A DNA stretch of 64,000 nucleotides from an uncultured Bacteroides sp. (GCA_964398075.1 CAYNMA010000002.1:222-64221), one strand, 5' to 3'. Shown: positions 36,004-46,504, counted from the first letter of the stretch. Notes: generated by a model from the letters alone, not told the origin. Translations and numbers: made by a program.

Positions 36004-37461
36004 TTACATCTGATTAATGCGTGCTGCATCGAGTTTAAGTAATATAAAGAGCAGTATACTAAAGCCTAGGAGTGAGGAGCCTCCGTAACTGAAGAAGGGT
36101 AGTGGTATACCGATTACAGGCATTAGTCCGAGTACCATACCGATATTGATGGTGAGATGGACAATGAAGATAGAGGCGACGCTATAGGCGTAGATATGAC
36201 TGAAGCGGTTTTTCTGTCGTTCTGCGATATAGATAAGTCGGAGGATGAAAGCGAGATAGGTGAGTAGTACTAGACTGGAGCCCCAAAAGCCCCATTCTTC
36301 GCCTACGGTACAGAAAATGAAGTCGGTGGCTTGTTCTGGCACGAACTTCATCTTGGTCTGCGTTCCTTGTAGGTAGCCTTTTCCTGTGAATCGACCTGAT
36401 CCGATAGCGATCTTGGCTTGGTTGACGTTATATCCTGCACCAGAGGGATCATCGTCGAGTCCAAGGAGTACTTCTATTCGTTTCTGTTGATGCGGCTGTA
36501 GGATGTCGGAAAAGATATAGTTGCAGCCGAAGCTATAGATGAGTATCCCTGCGGCACAAAGCGCGATTGCGATGAGGGGTTTATGTCGATAGTAGAGTGC
36601 TAGTACAGCGATATAAGCAACTGATAGACTTACTATTACGGTGGATGCTATATCAAAGTTGACGGGTACCCAGATATTGATGAGTAGTGCTATTCCGTAT
36701 AGTGCGACTATAGAGCCGAGCATGATCCATGTATGCTTACGGTGTTCCGTTTTGGTGAATAAGAAATATACTTCAATAAGCAGAATCGACAGACAATCAA
36801 CGAGTAAGCCTACTTTTCCGATGCCTAACGGTAGGGGTGTCTGGCTATATTTGATGGTTATGACAAAGAAATAGATGGCAGCAATAAAGAGTAGGGGGAT
36901 ATATTTGCTCAGTCCGTTTCGATAGAGGACAAAGATGAAGGCAGCGAATACGAGTGCAGATCCTGTTTCTTTCTGCGGCACCATAATGATGAACATAGGA
37001 ACAAGTAAGATAAGCGCTGTGACAACAAAGTCTTTGGTCTTATGTATGTTATACCCATACTGGCTCATGTATTTGGCGAGGGCAAGGGCTGTGAAGCATT
37101 TGGCTAGTTCGGCTGGTTGAAACCGGAAGCCAGGGAGTTGAATCCACGAGAGTGAGCCTTTGGTGTTGGTAGCGAGGAACGGCGTTATGATAAGCAGGAG
37201 TATCCAGACCGCGTATAGGAGATATGCGAAGAAGTCGAAGGCTTTATCGTCGATGAGTAGGATAAGGAATCCTACCACGAGCGATATCATCATCCAGATG
37301 AATTGTTTACCTGCTCGGTTGCTTGGGTCGATGATGCTTGTTTGGTCGAAGTCGTATACAGCACCATATATATTGACCCATCCGAAGACTACCAGAAGAA
37401 GGTAGAGTAGGATAGTGAGCCAGTCGATACTCTTGAATATGTTAGTTTCGTTTCTTGACAT
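36004..37461 (-). CDS. rodA: SEDS family peptidoglycan polymerase RodA
   Basis: Polytopic FtsW/RodA pattern (FQPAELAKC, FCTVGEEWGF), located directly downstream of mrdA. Confidence 0.88.
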   Translation of the reverse strand: MSRNETNIFKSIDWLTILLYLLLVVFGWVNIYGAVYDFDQTSIIDPSNRAGKQFIWMMISLVVGFLILLIDDKAFDFFAYLLYAVWILLLIITPFLATNTKGSLSWIQLPGFRFQPAELAKCFTALALAKYMSQYGYNIHKTKDFVVTALILLVPMFIIMVPQKETGSALVFAAFIFVLYRNGLSKYIPLLFIAAIYFFVITIKYSQTPLPLGIGKVGLLVDCLSILLIEVYFLFTKTEHRKHTWIMLGSIVALYGIALLINIWVPVNFDIASTVIVSLSVAYIAVLALYYRHKPLIAIALCAAGILIYSFGCNYIFSDILQPHQQKRIEVLLGLDDDPSGAGYNVNQAKIAIGSGRFTGKGYLQGTQTKMKFVPEQATDFIFCTVGEEWGFWGSSLVLLTYLAFILRLIYIAERQKNRFSHIYAYSVASIFIVHLTINIGMVLGLMPVIGIPLPFFSYGGSSLLGFSILLFILLKLDAARINQM

Positions 37462-39286
37462 TTGGGTTCAGTACGGCTGTTGCTATTCGTTCTTTGAGGG
37501 CTGTTCGTGTGATGGTATCGGTTATATACTTCTCGACCATTAGGCTTGCTATAGGTGCTGCCCATGTAGCACCAAAGCCTGCATTTTCTACGACCACGGC
37601 AAGGGCGATCTTGGGGTCGTCGAGTGGGGCAATAGCCACGAAGATAGCGTGGTCTTTCTTGCCTTTTCCGGCTTGTGCAGTACCTGTTTTTCCGCCCATG
37701 AGGACATTGTCTATTTTATAGTATCGACCGGTACCGTTTTCCATCACTCGGTGCATACCTTCCTTGACATATTGGAAGTAGACAGAGTCGATGCCGGTAT
37801 TGTGTCGATGGGTGAGCATACTATCGTTCCTATTGAGGTGTGGTGTGATGTAATATCCATCGTTGGCTATGGTAGCAGCCATATTGGCAAGTTGTAAGGG
37901 GGTGACTGTTATCTCGCCTTGACCGATGGCTAATGACCTAATGGTGAGGGCTTTCCAACCAGTTTTGCCGTAGTAACGGTCGTAGAAGGAGGTGGTCGGT
38001 ACATTGCCGGCACTCTGTTCGGGTATGTCGGAGTCGGTAAACTTATGTCCAAAGCCGAAGTTGGTTACGCATTGGCGCCATAGTTCATATTGTGCGCGGA
38101 AGGCCGTGTTCTTTTTGCCATATCCATTGGCTTCGAGAAGGTCACGGAATACGCACCAATAATAGGGATTACAACTCTGTTCGATAGCGGTAAGGAGCGT
38201 TAAGGGAGAGGTATGTGAGTGGGTGCAACTGATTGGTTTCGATCCTTTTCCGTTGCAGGTATAGTGGGTATTAGGCGTGATAACGCCCTCTTGGAGCCCG
38301 ATGAGTGATTGTACGAGTTTGAAAGGTGACCCTGGCGGGTACTGTGCTTGTGTGGCGCGGTTGAGTAGGGGTTTGGTAGGGTCGTTCTGCAGTTCTCGAT
38401 AGTTCTCAGACCGTTGTTTACCCACTAGCATTGCGGGGTTCCATGTAGGGCTTGAGACGAGTGCCAGTATCTCGCCCGTCTTGGGTTCGATGGCGACCAC
38501 GCTGCCTATCTTGCCGGATAGCAGTTCTTCGGCAAGTGCTTGCAGTTGTATATCGAGTGTGAGGGTAAGGTCTACACCTTTGATAGCATCTCGATCGAGT
38601 TCGCCATCGTTATAACTCCCTTGTATTCGCCCGCGCACATCACGTAGTAGCACTTCGACTCCTTTCTCGCCGCGTAGCGATTGCTCGTAGGTTCGTTCGA
38701 TACCTTCACGACCTGAGTAATCGCCCATGCTGTAATAGTTGTCGCGTTCGATATCTCGTTGTGACACTTCGCCAACGCTACCTAACACTTGCGCAGCGTA
38801 AGGGTAGGTGTAACCTCGTAGGGTTCGTTGGCGTATGTTGATGCCAGGGTATTTATAGAGCGATTCTTGCAGGGGTGCAATCTCCTCTTTGCTCAGTTGT
38901 GAGAGGAACACTTGGGGTGTATGACGCGAATAGCCACGGTTGGTGCGTCGGTCTTTGATATGGGTTATTCGTTCATTGAATATGCCTGTGTCGATCTCAA
39001 GTGTCTGGCAGAAACTGATTGTATCGAAGGTTTTGCCCATCTCCTGCATGGTCATGGTGACCTCGTAGATGGGTTGGTTGAAGACTAACAATTCTCCGTT
39101 GCGGTCATAGATGAGTCCTCGAGGGGCATAGATTGTCTGTTTGACGAGAGCATTGTTTTCAGCCTTGTCGATAGTACTTTTATCGATTATCTGCAGGTAG
39201 AAGAGTCGGCATAGGAAGACGAGCACTATCACAATAACGACAGCGGATATGACATATCTCCGGTTATAGTACTTATCGTTAATCAT
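37442..39286 (-). CDS. mrdA: Penicillin-binding protein 2
   Basis: N-terminal TM anchor, SxxK (GSPFK) and KTG (GGKTGTAQ) motifs, in the mre cluster context. Confidence 0.92.
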   Translation of the reverse strand: MINDKYYNRRYVISAVVIVIVLVFLCRLFYLQIIDKSTIDKAENNALVKQTIYAPRGLIYDRNGELLVFNQPIYEVTMTMQEMGKTFDTISFCQTLEIDTGIFNERITHIKDRRTNRGYSRHTPQVFLSQLSKEEIAPLQESLYKYPGINIRQRTLRGYTYPYAAQVLGSVGEVSQRDIERDNYYSMGDYSGREGIERTYEQSLRGEKGVEVLLRDVRGRIQGSYNDGELDRDAIKGVDLTLTLDIQLQALAEELLSGKIGSVVAIEPKTGEILALVSSPTWNPAMLVGKQRSENYRELQNDPTKPLLNRATQAQYPPGSPFKLVQSLIGLQEGVITPNTHYTCNGKGSKPISCTHSHTSPLTLLTAIEQSCNPYYWCVFRDLLEANGYGKKNTAFRAQYELWRQCVTNFGFGHKFTDSDIPEQSAGNVPTTSFYDRYYGKTGWKALTIRSLAIGQGEITVTPLQLANMAATIANDGYYITPHLNRNDSMLTHRHNTGIDSVYFQYVKEGMHRVMENGTGRYYKIDNVLMGGKTGTAQAGKGKKDHAIFVAIAPLDDPKIALAVVVENAGFGATWAAPIASLMVEKYITDTITRTALKERIATAVLNPNVKKRN

Positions 39287-39783
39287 GACCGATGGAGTAG
39301 GGCATCATAGAGGAGAATGAGCCCAATAGAGATGATAGAACTAACGAGAACCTGCAGGAGGGTGATGTACCAGTTGGTCCAAGTGAAGGCTGAGAGGAAG
39401 AATATGGCGGAATGATGCAGGAGTACGAGTATGGTAATGAGTTTGAAATACGCGATGAAACCGAGGGATTGGATACTTGGTTCGTCGGTTTTCTTTTGTG
39501 TCTCGAGAGAAATCTTGTTGAGAAGGAATGGGCGTATGAAGGCAATTAGTGTGCATGCGGCGCTGTGTACGCCGAGGCTATTGCATGCAATGTCGATGAT
39601 TAAGCCGGTTATGAAGCCTATTATCAGTTCCGTCCAACGCGGCATAGACTGCGGTAGAGCAATGAGGAAGAGAACATAGATGCAAGGGTGGCATAGCCCG
39701 ATGAAGTGCAGATTGTTGATCAGCAGCATTTGTAGGGCGAGGAGTACTATAAAGCGCAGTATGTTTTTTATCCAGAGTTGCAT
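39283..39783 (-). CDS. mreD: Rod shape-determining protein MreD
   Basis: 166-aa polytopic protein between mreC and mrdA. The call rests on position and topology. Confidence 0.75.
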   Translation of the reverse strand: MQLWIKNILRFIVLLALQMLLINNLHFIGLCHPCIYVLFLIALPQSMPRWTELIIGFITGLIIDIACNSLGVHSAACTLIAFIRPFLLNKISLETQKKTDEPSIQSLGFIAYFKLITILVLLHHSAIFFLSAFTWTNWYITLLQVLVSSIISIGLILLYDALLHRS

Positions 39784-39790
39784 GAACTTA

Positions 39791-40609
39791 TTATTCGGCT
39801 ATTTGTTCTTCGAGTGTTTTTATCTCTTCAGCATCGTTTTGGCAGAGTATATATACGTTTTGCATCCGTCGGAAGTCGGTAGCGAGAGCAACATCGATAT
39901 GATGGAAGGAGTCGCTGTCGGTCATCTTGTCGTGTGCTACTACGCCTACCATTATGCCTTTTGGAAAGATGGTTGTCGCACCGCTTGTGATGATGGTATC
40001 ACCGATGTTGACGGTTATATGTCGTCCGATATCCATCAGTTGTGCGCAGTCGGTATGTTTGCCGTTCCATTGCAGTGTTCCGATACAGCCATCGTCTTTG
40101 AGTCGGCAGCTGATGTTGAGCGCATTGTTGATGATAGGTATGATGACGGAGTAGTGTTTGGATGCGGCAATGACCTTGCCCACAACGCCTTTGTCGCATA
40201 CGACGCCCATGTCTTCTTTGACTCCGTCGGTTGTGCCTTTGTTGACGGTGATATAGTTCTTTTGCAGCGATCCGGTGTAGTTAATTACTCGTGCAGGAAT
40301 GACTGTGAAGTCGCAAAAACCCTCGATGGAATCGTGTGTATCGGCTACTATCTCTTGGTAGTGTATGAGTTGTTGTTTGAGAGCAGCGTTCTCTTGTATG
40401 AGGTCGTTGTTTTCGATTCGAAGGCGAAAGTAATGTACGATATTATCGTATCCGGTGTAGCAAGCAGCGTAGATACGGCTTGCGGAGGAGAAGGTGGCGC
40501 TAGTGGGGTAGTTACTGTTGTGGATAAGCAGTACAAAAGAGACTACCTCTAGGAGTAAGAATAAGAGGATTACGCTATTTCGTATGAGAAACAGAAGTAG
40601 GTTCTTCAT
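39791..40609 (-). CDS. mreC: Rod shape-determining protein MreC
   Basis: N-terminal TM, a coiled-coil segment (NAALKQQLIHYQE) and a beta-rich C-terminus, located downstream of mreB. Confidence 0.85.
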   Translation of the reverse strand: MKNLLLFLIRNSVILLFLLLEVVSFVLLIHNSNYPTSATFSSASRIYAACYTGYDNIVHYFRLRIENNDLIQENAALKQQLIHYQEIVADTHDSIEGFCDFTVIPARVINYTGSLQKNYITVNKGTTDGVKEDMGVVCDKGVVGKVIAASKHYSVIIPIINNALNISCRLKDDGCIGTLQWNGKHTDCAQLMDIGRHITVNIGDTIITSGATTIFPKGIMVGVVAHDKMTDSDSFHHIDVALATDFRRMQNVYILCQNDAEEIKTLEEQIAE

Positions 40610-40640
40610 ACACCATCATCTCAAAAGGCGTTATAACAAG

Positions 40641-40666
40641 CAGAGAAGGAGCATGCCCCTTCTCTG
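40641..40666 (-). terminator. 9-bp hairpin CAGAGAAGG-N8-CCTTCTCTG in the mreB-mreC spacer
   Basis: Read directly. It may act as an intra-operon attenuator or stabiliser rather than a full terminator. Confidence 0.35.
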
Positions 40667-40675
40667 TTAGTCGTA

Positions 40676-41695
40676 TCAACGAATTAGGAAGTTGAAGTTA
40701 TTCACGTTTTTAAGTGCAACGCCAGTGCCGAGTGCCACAGAGTGTAGTGGGTCTTCAGCCACATGGAATTGGATAGTTATCTTATCGGTTAGTCGCTTTG
40801 CCAGACCGTGTAGCAGTGCGCCACCGCCTGCGAGGAAGATGCCGTTTGTAACGATGTCGGCATACAACTCGGGAGGTGTGCTCTCGAGTGCTTGTAGGAT
40901 AGCGTTCTCTATCTTCGAGATGGACTTATCGAGGCAGTGGGCTATCTCTTGGTAGCTTACCGGCACTTCCATAGGTAGCGCAGAGGTCTTGTTAGGACCG
41001 ATAACGATAAAGTCATCGGGTGGGTTATCGAGCTCAGTTAGTGCCGATCCTACGCGCATCTTGATGCGTTCAGCTGTTGGTTCGTCGATGCGAAGATTGT
41101 GCATGCGTCCCATATACTCAATGATGTCAGCGTTTAGCTCATCACCAGCTATTTGGATTGACTTGTTTGTCACGATTCCACCGAGCGAGATGACTGCGAT
41201 CTCGGTAGTACCACCACCTATGTCGACAATCATACAGCCTTTAGGACTCTCGACGTCAATGCCCATACCGATGGCTGCAGCCATTGGTTCGTAGATCATA
41301 TAGACATCTCTACCGCCAGCATGTTGGCTACTATCGCGTACGGCACGGATCTCTACTTCTGTACTGCCGGAAGGTATGCAGACCACCATCTTAAGTGACG
41401 GCATAAGGAATTGGTGCTTCTTAGGTATCATCTTGACGAGTCCGCGGATCATCATCTCGCAAGCATCGAAGTCTGCTATGACGCCTTTGCGAAGCGGTCG
41501 CACGGTACGAATCATGTTACCGCCTTTACCAATCATTTGTTGCGCTTTTTTTCCGACAGCGACCATTTCGTTGTTATTCATGCTGATGGCCACGACAGAT
41601 GGCTCATCGACTACGATCTTGTCATCGCAAATGATAATAGTGTTTGCAGTTCCAAGGTCGATAGCGATTTTTTGAGTGAATGAGAATAGACCCAT
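40676..41695 (-). CDS. mreB: Rod shape-determining protein MreB
   Basis: Actin-fold motifs IAIDLGTANT and IVDIGGGTTE. 339 aa. Confidence 0.96.
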   Translation of the reverse strand: MGLFSFTQKIAIDLGTANTIIICDDKIVVDEPSVVAISMNNNEMVAVGKKAQQMIGKGGNMIRTVRPLRKGVIADFDACEMMIRGLVKMIPKKHQFLMPSLKMVVCIPSGSTEVEIRAVRDSSQHAGGRDVYMIYEPMAAAIGMGIDVESPKGCMIVDIGGGTTEIAVISLGGIVTNKSIQIAGDELNADIIEYMGRMHNLRIDEPTAERIKMRVGSALTELDNPPDDFIVIGPNKTSALPMEVPVSYQEIAHCLDKSISKIENAILQALESTPPELYADIVTNGIFLAGGGALLHGLAKRLTDKITIQFHVAEDPLHSVALGTGVALKNVNNFNFLIR

Positions 41696-41784
41696 ATTCC
41701 GTTCAAGTTCTTTTAGTTATTATACAATTATTCAATTATTTCAACCTCAAAAAGCAAGAGCGAGATGCCCTTACTTAACCGACT

Positions 41785-41792
41785 GCAAAACT
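41785..41792 (-). promoter_or_regulatory. -7 box TAgtTTTG upstream of mreB
   Basis: The reverse complement of caaaacta, about 90 nt upstream of the mreB ATG. Confidence 0.45.
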
Positions 41793-41903
41793 ACTTATAT
41801 TTCTTGGAACTCGCAAACCCTTTTCTATGTTTTTTTTCTTAGGGTTATTTTTCCTTGCATGTGGTGTTCTCTGTTCTGTGTGCAAGAGACGCTCGATCGA
41901 ATA

Positions 41904-42350
41904 TTATGGGTTGCTTTTTCTGCGTCGTTCGGAGACTATCAGAAGTGCTTCGTCGCGGAGTTCGTTAGGGAGTATGATGTTGCGTAATTGTAGGCTTTTG
42001 AGCCATCCTGCCACATCTTTTTCTTGCAGAGTATAGAAGACCTCCTCGAGGGCGTGGTACTGTTCTTCGGTGTATTCATCGGGAGAAATTCCGCTTAGAG
42101 CATCCAGTTCTTCGTCGTCGTAGTAGATGATCTCGGGCTTTTGATTGAGCAAGAGGTCTCGTTCGCATACGGCATGTTGCCCACAGCACTCGCCATCGGG
42201 TACTTTGGTTTTCTGGGTAGGCTGTATTTGGGTTTGGAATGCAGTACCGGAATCGTTGGTATCGGCTTTTTTCTCTCGTTCTCGCAGCTCAGTTGCGATA
42301 GCAATGAAGAGTCCTAAGCCGATAAATATGACAAGAGGAATCCACCACAT
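41904..42350 (-). CDS. Membrane-anchored acidic protein with an ECCGQHAVCE motif, function unknown
   Basis: The start MWWIPLVIFIGLGLFIAI (ATG at 42348-42350) is chosen so that the ORF does not overlap parE. It has one TM helix, then a Cys cluster and an acidic C-terminal domain. Confidence 0.65.
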   Translation of the reverse strand: MWWIPLVIFIGLGLFIAIATELREREKKADTNDSGTAFQTQIQPTQKTKVPDGECCGQHAVCERDLLLNQKPEIIYYDDEELDALSGISPDEYTEEQYHALEEVFYTLQEKDVAGWLKSLQLRNIILPNELRDEALLIVSERRRKSNP

Positions 42351-42357
42351 GGTTGTT

Positions 42358-44274
42358 CTAATCGACAGCGTCTTCTTCGATGACGAGGTTATTGATGATG
42401 AAGTTTTGTCGTTCCATTGTGTTCTTACCCATATAGAACTCCATGAGATCGTTGACGGCATCTTCTTTACGGAGTGTGACTTGGTCAAGACGGATGCTGC
42501 TTCCGATGAAATCTTTGAATTCATCGGGTGAAATTTCGCCCAAACCTTTGAATCGTGTTATCTCGGGTGCGGGTTTGAGTTCGTCTATAGCTTTGAGTCT
42601 TTCTTCTTCGGAATAGCAATAGCGTATCTCTTTTTTGTTCTTGACTCGGAAAAGTGGCGTTTGGAGTATGTAGACATGCCCTTTCTTTACGAGGTCGGGA
42701 AAGAACTGTAAGAAGAAAGTGAGCAACAGTAGGCGTATATGCATACCGTCGACATCGGCATCGGTAGCGATGATGACTTTGTTGTATCGCAGGTTATCGA
42801 GTCCGTCTTCGATGTTGAGAGCTGACTGTAAGCAGAAGAACTCTTCGTTCTCGTAGACCACTTCTTTGGTTAGTCCGAAGCTGTTTTTGGGTTTGCCTCG
42901 TAGTGAGAATACCGCCTGCGTGTTGACATCTCGCGACTTAGTGATAGAGCCCGATGCGGATAGTCCCTCGGTAATGAAGATGGAGCTGGCGTCTCGTAGA
43001 TCCTCATCGGAGTCTTTGCTTACTCGTGTTGGCTTGGCATCGTTGAGGTGAATGTGGCAGTCGCGCAGTCGTGGGTTGTTCAAGTTGTTCTTCTTGGCTC
43101 TTTCTCGAGCGATCTTGGTGACGCCTAAGATTGCTTTTCGCTCTTTTTCAGAGTCTTGAATCTTCTGCAGCATGACTTCGGTTATCTCTGAGTGCTTATG
43201 CAGGAAGTTGTCCAGCTCTTTCTTTACGAAGTCATTAACGAACTTATTCACCGAGATACTGCCTTCTTGCGGTGACATATCGCGTGAACCCAATTTTGTC
43301 TTCGTCTGGCTTTCGAACACTGGTTCTTCCACATTGATAGCGATAGCCCCAACGATACCATTGCGCACATCGGCAAGGTCCATGTTCTTCCCAAAAAACT
43401 CCTTGATGGTTCGACCGATGGCTTCACGGAATGCGGCTTGGTGAGTACCACCTTGTATGGTGTGTTGTCCATTGACGAAGGAGTAGTATTCATCGTTGTT
43501 TTGGTTGGTGTGTGTGAGTGCAATCTCGATATCGTCACCTTTGAGGTGTATGATAGGGTAGAGTGGGTCAACGGTCATGTTCTCGGTTAGGAGGTCAAGA
43601 AGTCCCTTCTTTGAGTAGAACCGTTTGCCGTTATAGTTGAGTGTGAGACCGATGTTGAGGTAGGCATAGTTGCGTAGCATGGTCTCGATGTATTCATCGC
43701 GGAAATTATAGTTCTCAAATAGTCCTCTTGAGTAGTCGGGTTCGAACTGAATGAAGGTGCCTCGTTGTGCGTGCGTGGTGTCGTCAATAATGTCTGTATC
43801 GTTGATGAGTTTGCCTTGTTTAAAGTCTACGCGTCGTGTCTTGCTGTCTCGGAAGGACTGTGCGGTAAACTTCCACGAGAGTGCGTTGACGGCTTTGAGT
43901 CCGACACCGTTGAGTCCCACAGACTTCTTAAAAGCTTTTGAGTCGTATTTAGCACCGGTATTAAGCAGCGAGACCACGTCTACTAAAACCTCTAATGGAA
44001 TGCCACGTCCGAAGTCGCGTACGGATACTTTGCCGTCTTCAACGTGTACATCAATGACCTTGCCAGCGTTCATACGGAACTCGTCGATGGAGTTGTCGAC
44101 TGTTTCTTTGATGAGGACATAGATACCGTCATCGGAGTGAGATCCATCGCCGAGTTTGCCTATATACATACCTGGGCGCAAGCGGATATGTTCCACGTCG
44201 TCAAGATGGCGGACATTATCTTTGGTGTATTCTGCCGTGGGTTGGTCGAGATTGAGTCCTAGTTCTTCTGCCAT
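42358..44274 (-). CDS. parE: Type IIA topoisomerase subunit B, ParE-like (DNA topoisomerase IV subunit B)
   Basis: [15 protein letters not shown], Toprim EGLSASGS and [11 protein letters not shown] motifs. About 638 aa from MAEELGLNL. The ParE versus GyrB choice is inferred from the length and the N-terminal pattern. Confidence 0.75.
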   Translation of the reverse strand: MAEELGLNLDQPTAEYTKDNVRHLDDVEHIRLRPGMYIGKLGDGSHSDDGIYVLIKETVDNSIDEFRMNAGKVIDVHVEDGKVSVRDFGRGIPLEVLVDVVSLLNTGAKYDSKAFKKSVGLNGVGLKAVNALSWKFTAQSFRDSKTRRVDFKQGKLINDTDIIDDTTHAQRGTFIQFEPDYSRGLFENYNFRDEYIETMLRNYAYLNIGLTLNYNGKRFYSKKGLLDLLTENMTVDPLYPIIHLKGDDIEIALTHTNQNNDEYYSFVNGQHTIQGGTHQAAFREAIGRTIKEFFGKNMDLADVRNGIVGAIAINVEEPVFESQTKTKLGSRDMSPQEGSISVNKFVNDFVKKELDNFLHKHSEITEVMLQKIQDSEKERKAILGVTKIARERAKKNNLNNPRLRDCHIHLNDAKPTRVSKDSDEDLRDASSIFITEGLSASGSITKSRDVNTQAVFSLRGKPKNSFGLTKEVVYENEEFFCLQSALNIEDGLDNLRYNKVIIATDADVDGMHIRLLLLTFFLQFFPDLVKKGHVYILQTPLFRVKNKKEIRYCYSEEERLKAIDELKPAPEITRFKGLGEISPDEFKDFIGSSIRLDQVTLRKEDAVNDLMEFYMGKNTMERQNFIINNLVIEEDAVD

Positions 44275-44299
44275 AGTTGTAAGGGGAAATTTGTGCGCA

Positions 44300-44307
44300 C
44301 AAAGATA
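44300..44307 (-). promoter_or_regulatory. -7 box TAtcTTTG upstream of parE
   Basis: The reverse complement of caaagata, 26 nt from the chosen ATG at 44274. Confidence 0.55.
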
Positions 44308-44397
44308 GGGATAATTTTCGAGATGCGCAACTCTCGTGCGATTGTGTGTTCGTGTTCTTTTTTCTTGCCGCATCATGGATGAAAGAAATTCAGGCAC

Positions 44398-44438
44398 AGT
44401 CTATAGGGTGTATAGGTTGTGCCTGAATGGTAGTTATC
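44398..44438 (-). terminator. Intrinsic terminator after the zinc-ribbon gene
   Basis: ATTCAGGCACA (44398-44408) pairs with TGTGCCTGAAT (44428-44438). A U-rich tract follows in the minus sense. Confidence 0.65.
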
Positions 44439-44450
44439 CTTGCGAGAAGG

Positions 44451-45212
44451 TTATTTATCTTCGCTTACGCCAGCAAGTTCTGGGTCAACGAGAATACGTC
44501 CGCAGTATTCGCAAACGATGATTTTCTTTCTCAGACGGATATCCAATTGACGCTGTGCCGGAATCTTATTGTGGCAACCACCACAAGCATCACGCTCAAC
44601 GGTTACGACAGCGAGTCCATTGTGCGCATTTTTGCGGATACGCTTGAAGGCAGTAAGGAGTCGGTCATCGGTCATCTTCTTCTCGAGGTCTTGCGCTTGA
44701 AGCATAAGTTTCTCGGTTTTCTCTTTGGTCTCGTTGAGAATATCGTCGAGTTCGTGCTCTCTAGAGTTCAGTTCGATGGTGCTATCTTCTATATTTTTGA
44801 TAGTTTCTTCTTTCTCGCTTTTTTTCTCTTCCAAACCAGCCGTGAACTCTTTGATATGCTTTTGGCAAGCGGTGATACATTCTTTCTCGTAGCCAATCTG
44901 CTTATTGAGGGAGTTATACTCAAGGTTGTTTTGCACAGAGTTGATCTGCTCCTCGTAGCGTGCAATCTTAGCGTTGGATGTCTCCATCTCCACTTTCTCA
45001 TTGCTGATGTTGGTTTCGAATTCTTTGATCTCTGCCTCGATATTGGTGAGTCGCGTCTTAAGACCTTCGATCTCGTCGGCTTTGTCTTTTACCTCCATAG
45101 GTAACTCGCCGAGGAGTGCACGGAGTTCGTCAATCTTGGAGTAGGACTTCTGCAGTTCTGCCAAGAGTTGCAGTTTTTGCTCCGTTGTCAGTTCATTTTC
45201 TTTTGTTGCCAT
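44451..45212 (-). CDS. Coiled-coil zinc-ribbon protein (COG1579-like), usual partner of Nif3
   Basis: Long coiled coil followed by CGGCHNK...CEYCGRIL. It lies immediately downstream of the nif3-like gene. Confidence 0.8.
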   Translation of the reverse strand: MATKENELTTEQKLQLLAELQKSYSKIDELRALLGELPMEVKDKADEIEGLKTRLTNIEAEIKEFETNISNEKVEMETSNAKIARYEEQINSVQNNLEYNSLNKQIGYEKECITACQKHIKEFTAGLEEKKSEKEETIKNIEDSTIELNSREHELDDILNETKEKTEKLMLQAQDLEKKMTDDRLLTAFKRIRKNAHNGLAVVTVERDACGGCHNKIPAQRQLDIRLRKKIIVCEYCGRILVDPELAGVSEDK

Positions 45213-45226
45213 AGTTGTATTATTTA

Positions 45227-46027
45227 TTAATTCATTGTATTCGAATTGGTTATGAAGTGTAGTATGGGTGATTGGTCGTTGTCAGCAAATAAGATGTTTA
45301 TCTGCGGTTGGAAGGGTTTGAGTAGTTCTGCGAATATTTCTTTGGTGAACTGTTCGCTCTCGAAGTGTCCCATATCGATGACTGCGATGCGTGCGTTAGC
45401 ACTGCAGAACTCGTGGTATTTGAAGTCGGCGCTGAGGTATACATCTGCTTGCTGTTCGATAGCCGTTTCAAGGAACTCACTGCCTGCGCCACCGCATATC
45501 GCGATGCGTTGCACTTTGGGTTGCTGAGGCTGCGTATATCGCAAGGAAGGCACATGAAAAGTAGTGCCTATTTTCTGCAAAAGGTTTTGGAAATCGGTAG
45601 GTTGGGGTAGGTTGCCGATGACGCCAAGTCCATGTTCTGGTTGCGTGGGCGATAGGATGGTGTATTGCGTTATGCCTAGTTTCTCTGCGATATGTCCGCT
45701 AACACCATGGAGATAGACATCCATCGCAGTGTGTGAGGAATAGAGCGAGATGTTGTTCTGTATCGCGAGAATGGCGCAGCGTTCTTGGGGTGTATTGCCT
45801 TGTATAGTCTTAAGCCCGTGGAATAACAGCGGATGATGTGAGATGATGAGTTGGCAGTGTTTGGCAATGGCTTCTTGCAAGATAGGTTCAGTGATATCAG
45901 TACACAATAGAACAGAATGCACATCCTGCTCGTTATTCCCAATCTGAAGTCCCGAATTGTCCCAATGCTCTTGCAATGACAGCGGGGCGACCGATTCTAT
46001 TTGCTTGATTAGTTCTTTTACCTTCAA
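45227..46027 (-). CDS. Nif3-like dinuclear metal centre protein
   Basis: WDNSGLQIGN and ISHHPLLF motifs. 266 aa. Confidence 0.88.
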   Translation of the reverse strand: MKVKELIKQIESVAPLSLQEHWDNSGLQIGNNEQDVHSVLLCTDITEPILQEAIAKHCQLIISHHPLLFHGLKTIQGNTPQERCAILAIQNNISLYSSHTAMDVYLHGVSGHIAEKLGITQYTILSPTQPEHGLGVIGNLPQPTDFQNLLQKIGTTFHVPSLRYTQPQQPKVQRIAICGGAGSEFLETAIEQQADVYLSADFKYHEFCSANARIAVIDMGHFESEQFTKEIFAELLKPFQPQINILFADNDQSPILHFITNSNTMN

Positions 46028-46046
46028 GAGTTGTTATTGTCGGTTC

Positions 46047-46460
46047 TTACTTGTCTTCGTTGTCCTCTTGCTCGTGGAAGTCGTTTATGCCGGCTTTGAT
46101 GAGGATATTGTACCACTGCACGAGTTTGCGTATATCGGATGGATAGACGCGGTCACGGTCGAAGTCGGGTAGCACTTCAGCGAAGAAGTTGCGTAGTGTG
46201 TCGTTGTCGGCTTTCTTCACATCGAGTGGACATGCTTGCAGGTTCTCTTTCTTGCCGAGGTTCTCGAGTACGATGCGCAAAGGTACGTCATCGCCTGTGG
46301 TAAACATGGAAATGTCGGCGAGGCTGACTATTTTGTCACGCTGATAAGTTGGCATACGTTTACCGTCTTCGAGCGACTCAACAATGAGCATGCCGTTGCC
46401 ACGGCTGACTAAGCGATAAAGGCCTGGTTTTCCTGTGATGGCCAAGATGTTTTTAAGCAT
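46047..46460 (-). CDS. DUF5606 domain protein
   Basis: MLKNILAITGKPGLYRLVSRGNGMLIVESLEDGKR is the characteristic DUF5606 N-terminus. Confidence 0.75.
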   Translation of the reverse strand: MLKNILAITGKPGLYRLVSRGNGMLIVESLEDGKRMPTYQRDKIVSLADISMFTTGDDVPLRIVLENLGKKENLQACPLDVKKADNDTLRNFFAEVLPDFDRDRVYPSDIRKLVQWYNILIKAGINDFHEQEDNEDK

Positions 46461-46496
46461 AACTATACGTTCTTTATACGTTCTTTTTTAGTGGCG

Positions 46497-46504
46497 CAAA
46501 AGTA
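46497..46504 (-). promoter_or_regulatory. -7 box TActTTTG upstream of the DUF5606 gene
   Basis: The reverse complement of caaaagta, 37 nt from the ATG, inside the 22-nt repeat shared with 18601-18622. Confidence 0.5.

Noticed and set aside
39680-40552. 290-aa plus-strand ORF across mreD/mreC
   Set aside because: It is antisense to the well-supported mreC gene inside a uniformly minus-strand operon. The sequence is compositionally odd (Val/Asp/Cys-rich) and has no promoter box.
41904-42524. Full 206-aa version of the ORF downstream of parE
   Set aside because: The first 58 codons overlap the parE 3' end in another frame and encode Ser-rich filler. The internal ATG at 42350 gives a clean TM-anchored protein with no overlap.
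44427-45104. 225-aa plus-strand ORF opposite the coiled-coil zinc-ribbon gene
   Set aside because: It is antisense to a repetitive coiled-coil coding region, which naturally keeps the opposite frame open. There are no motifs and no promoter.
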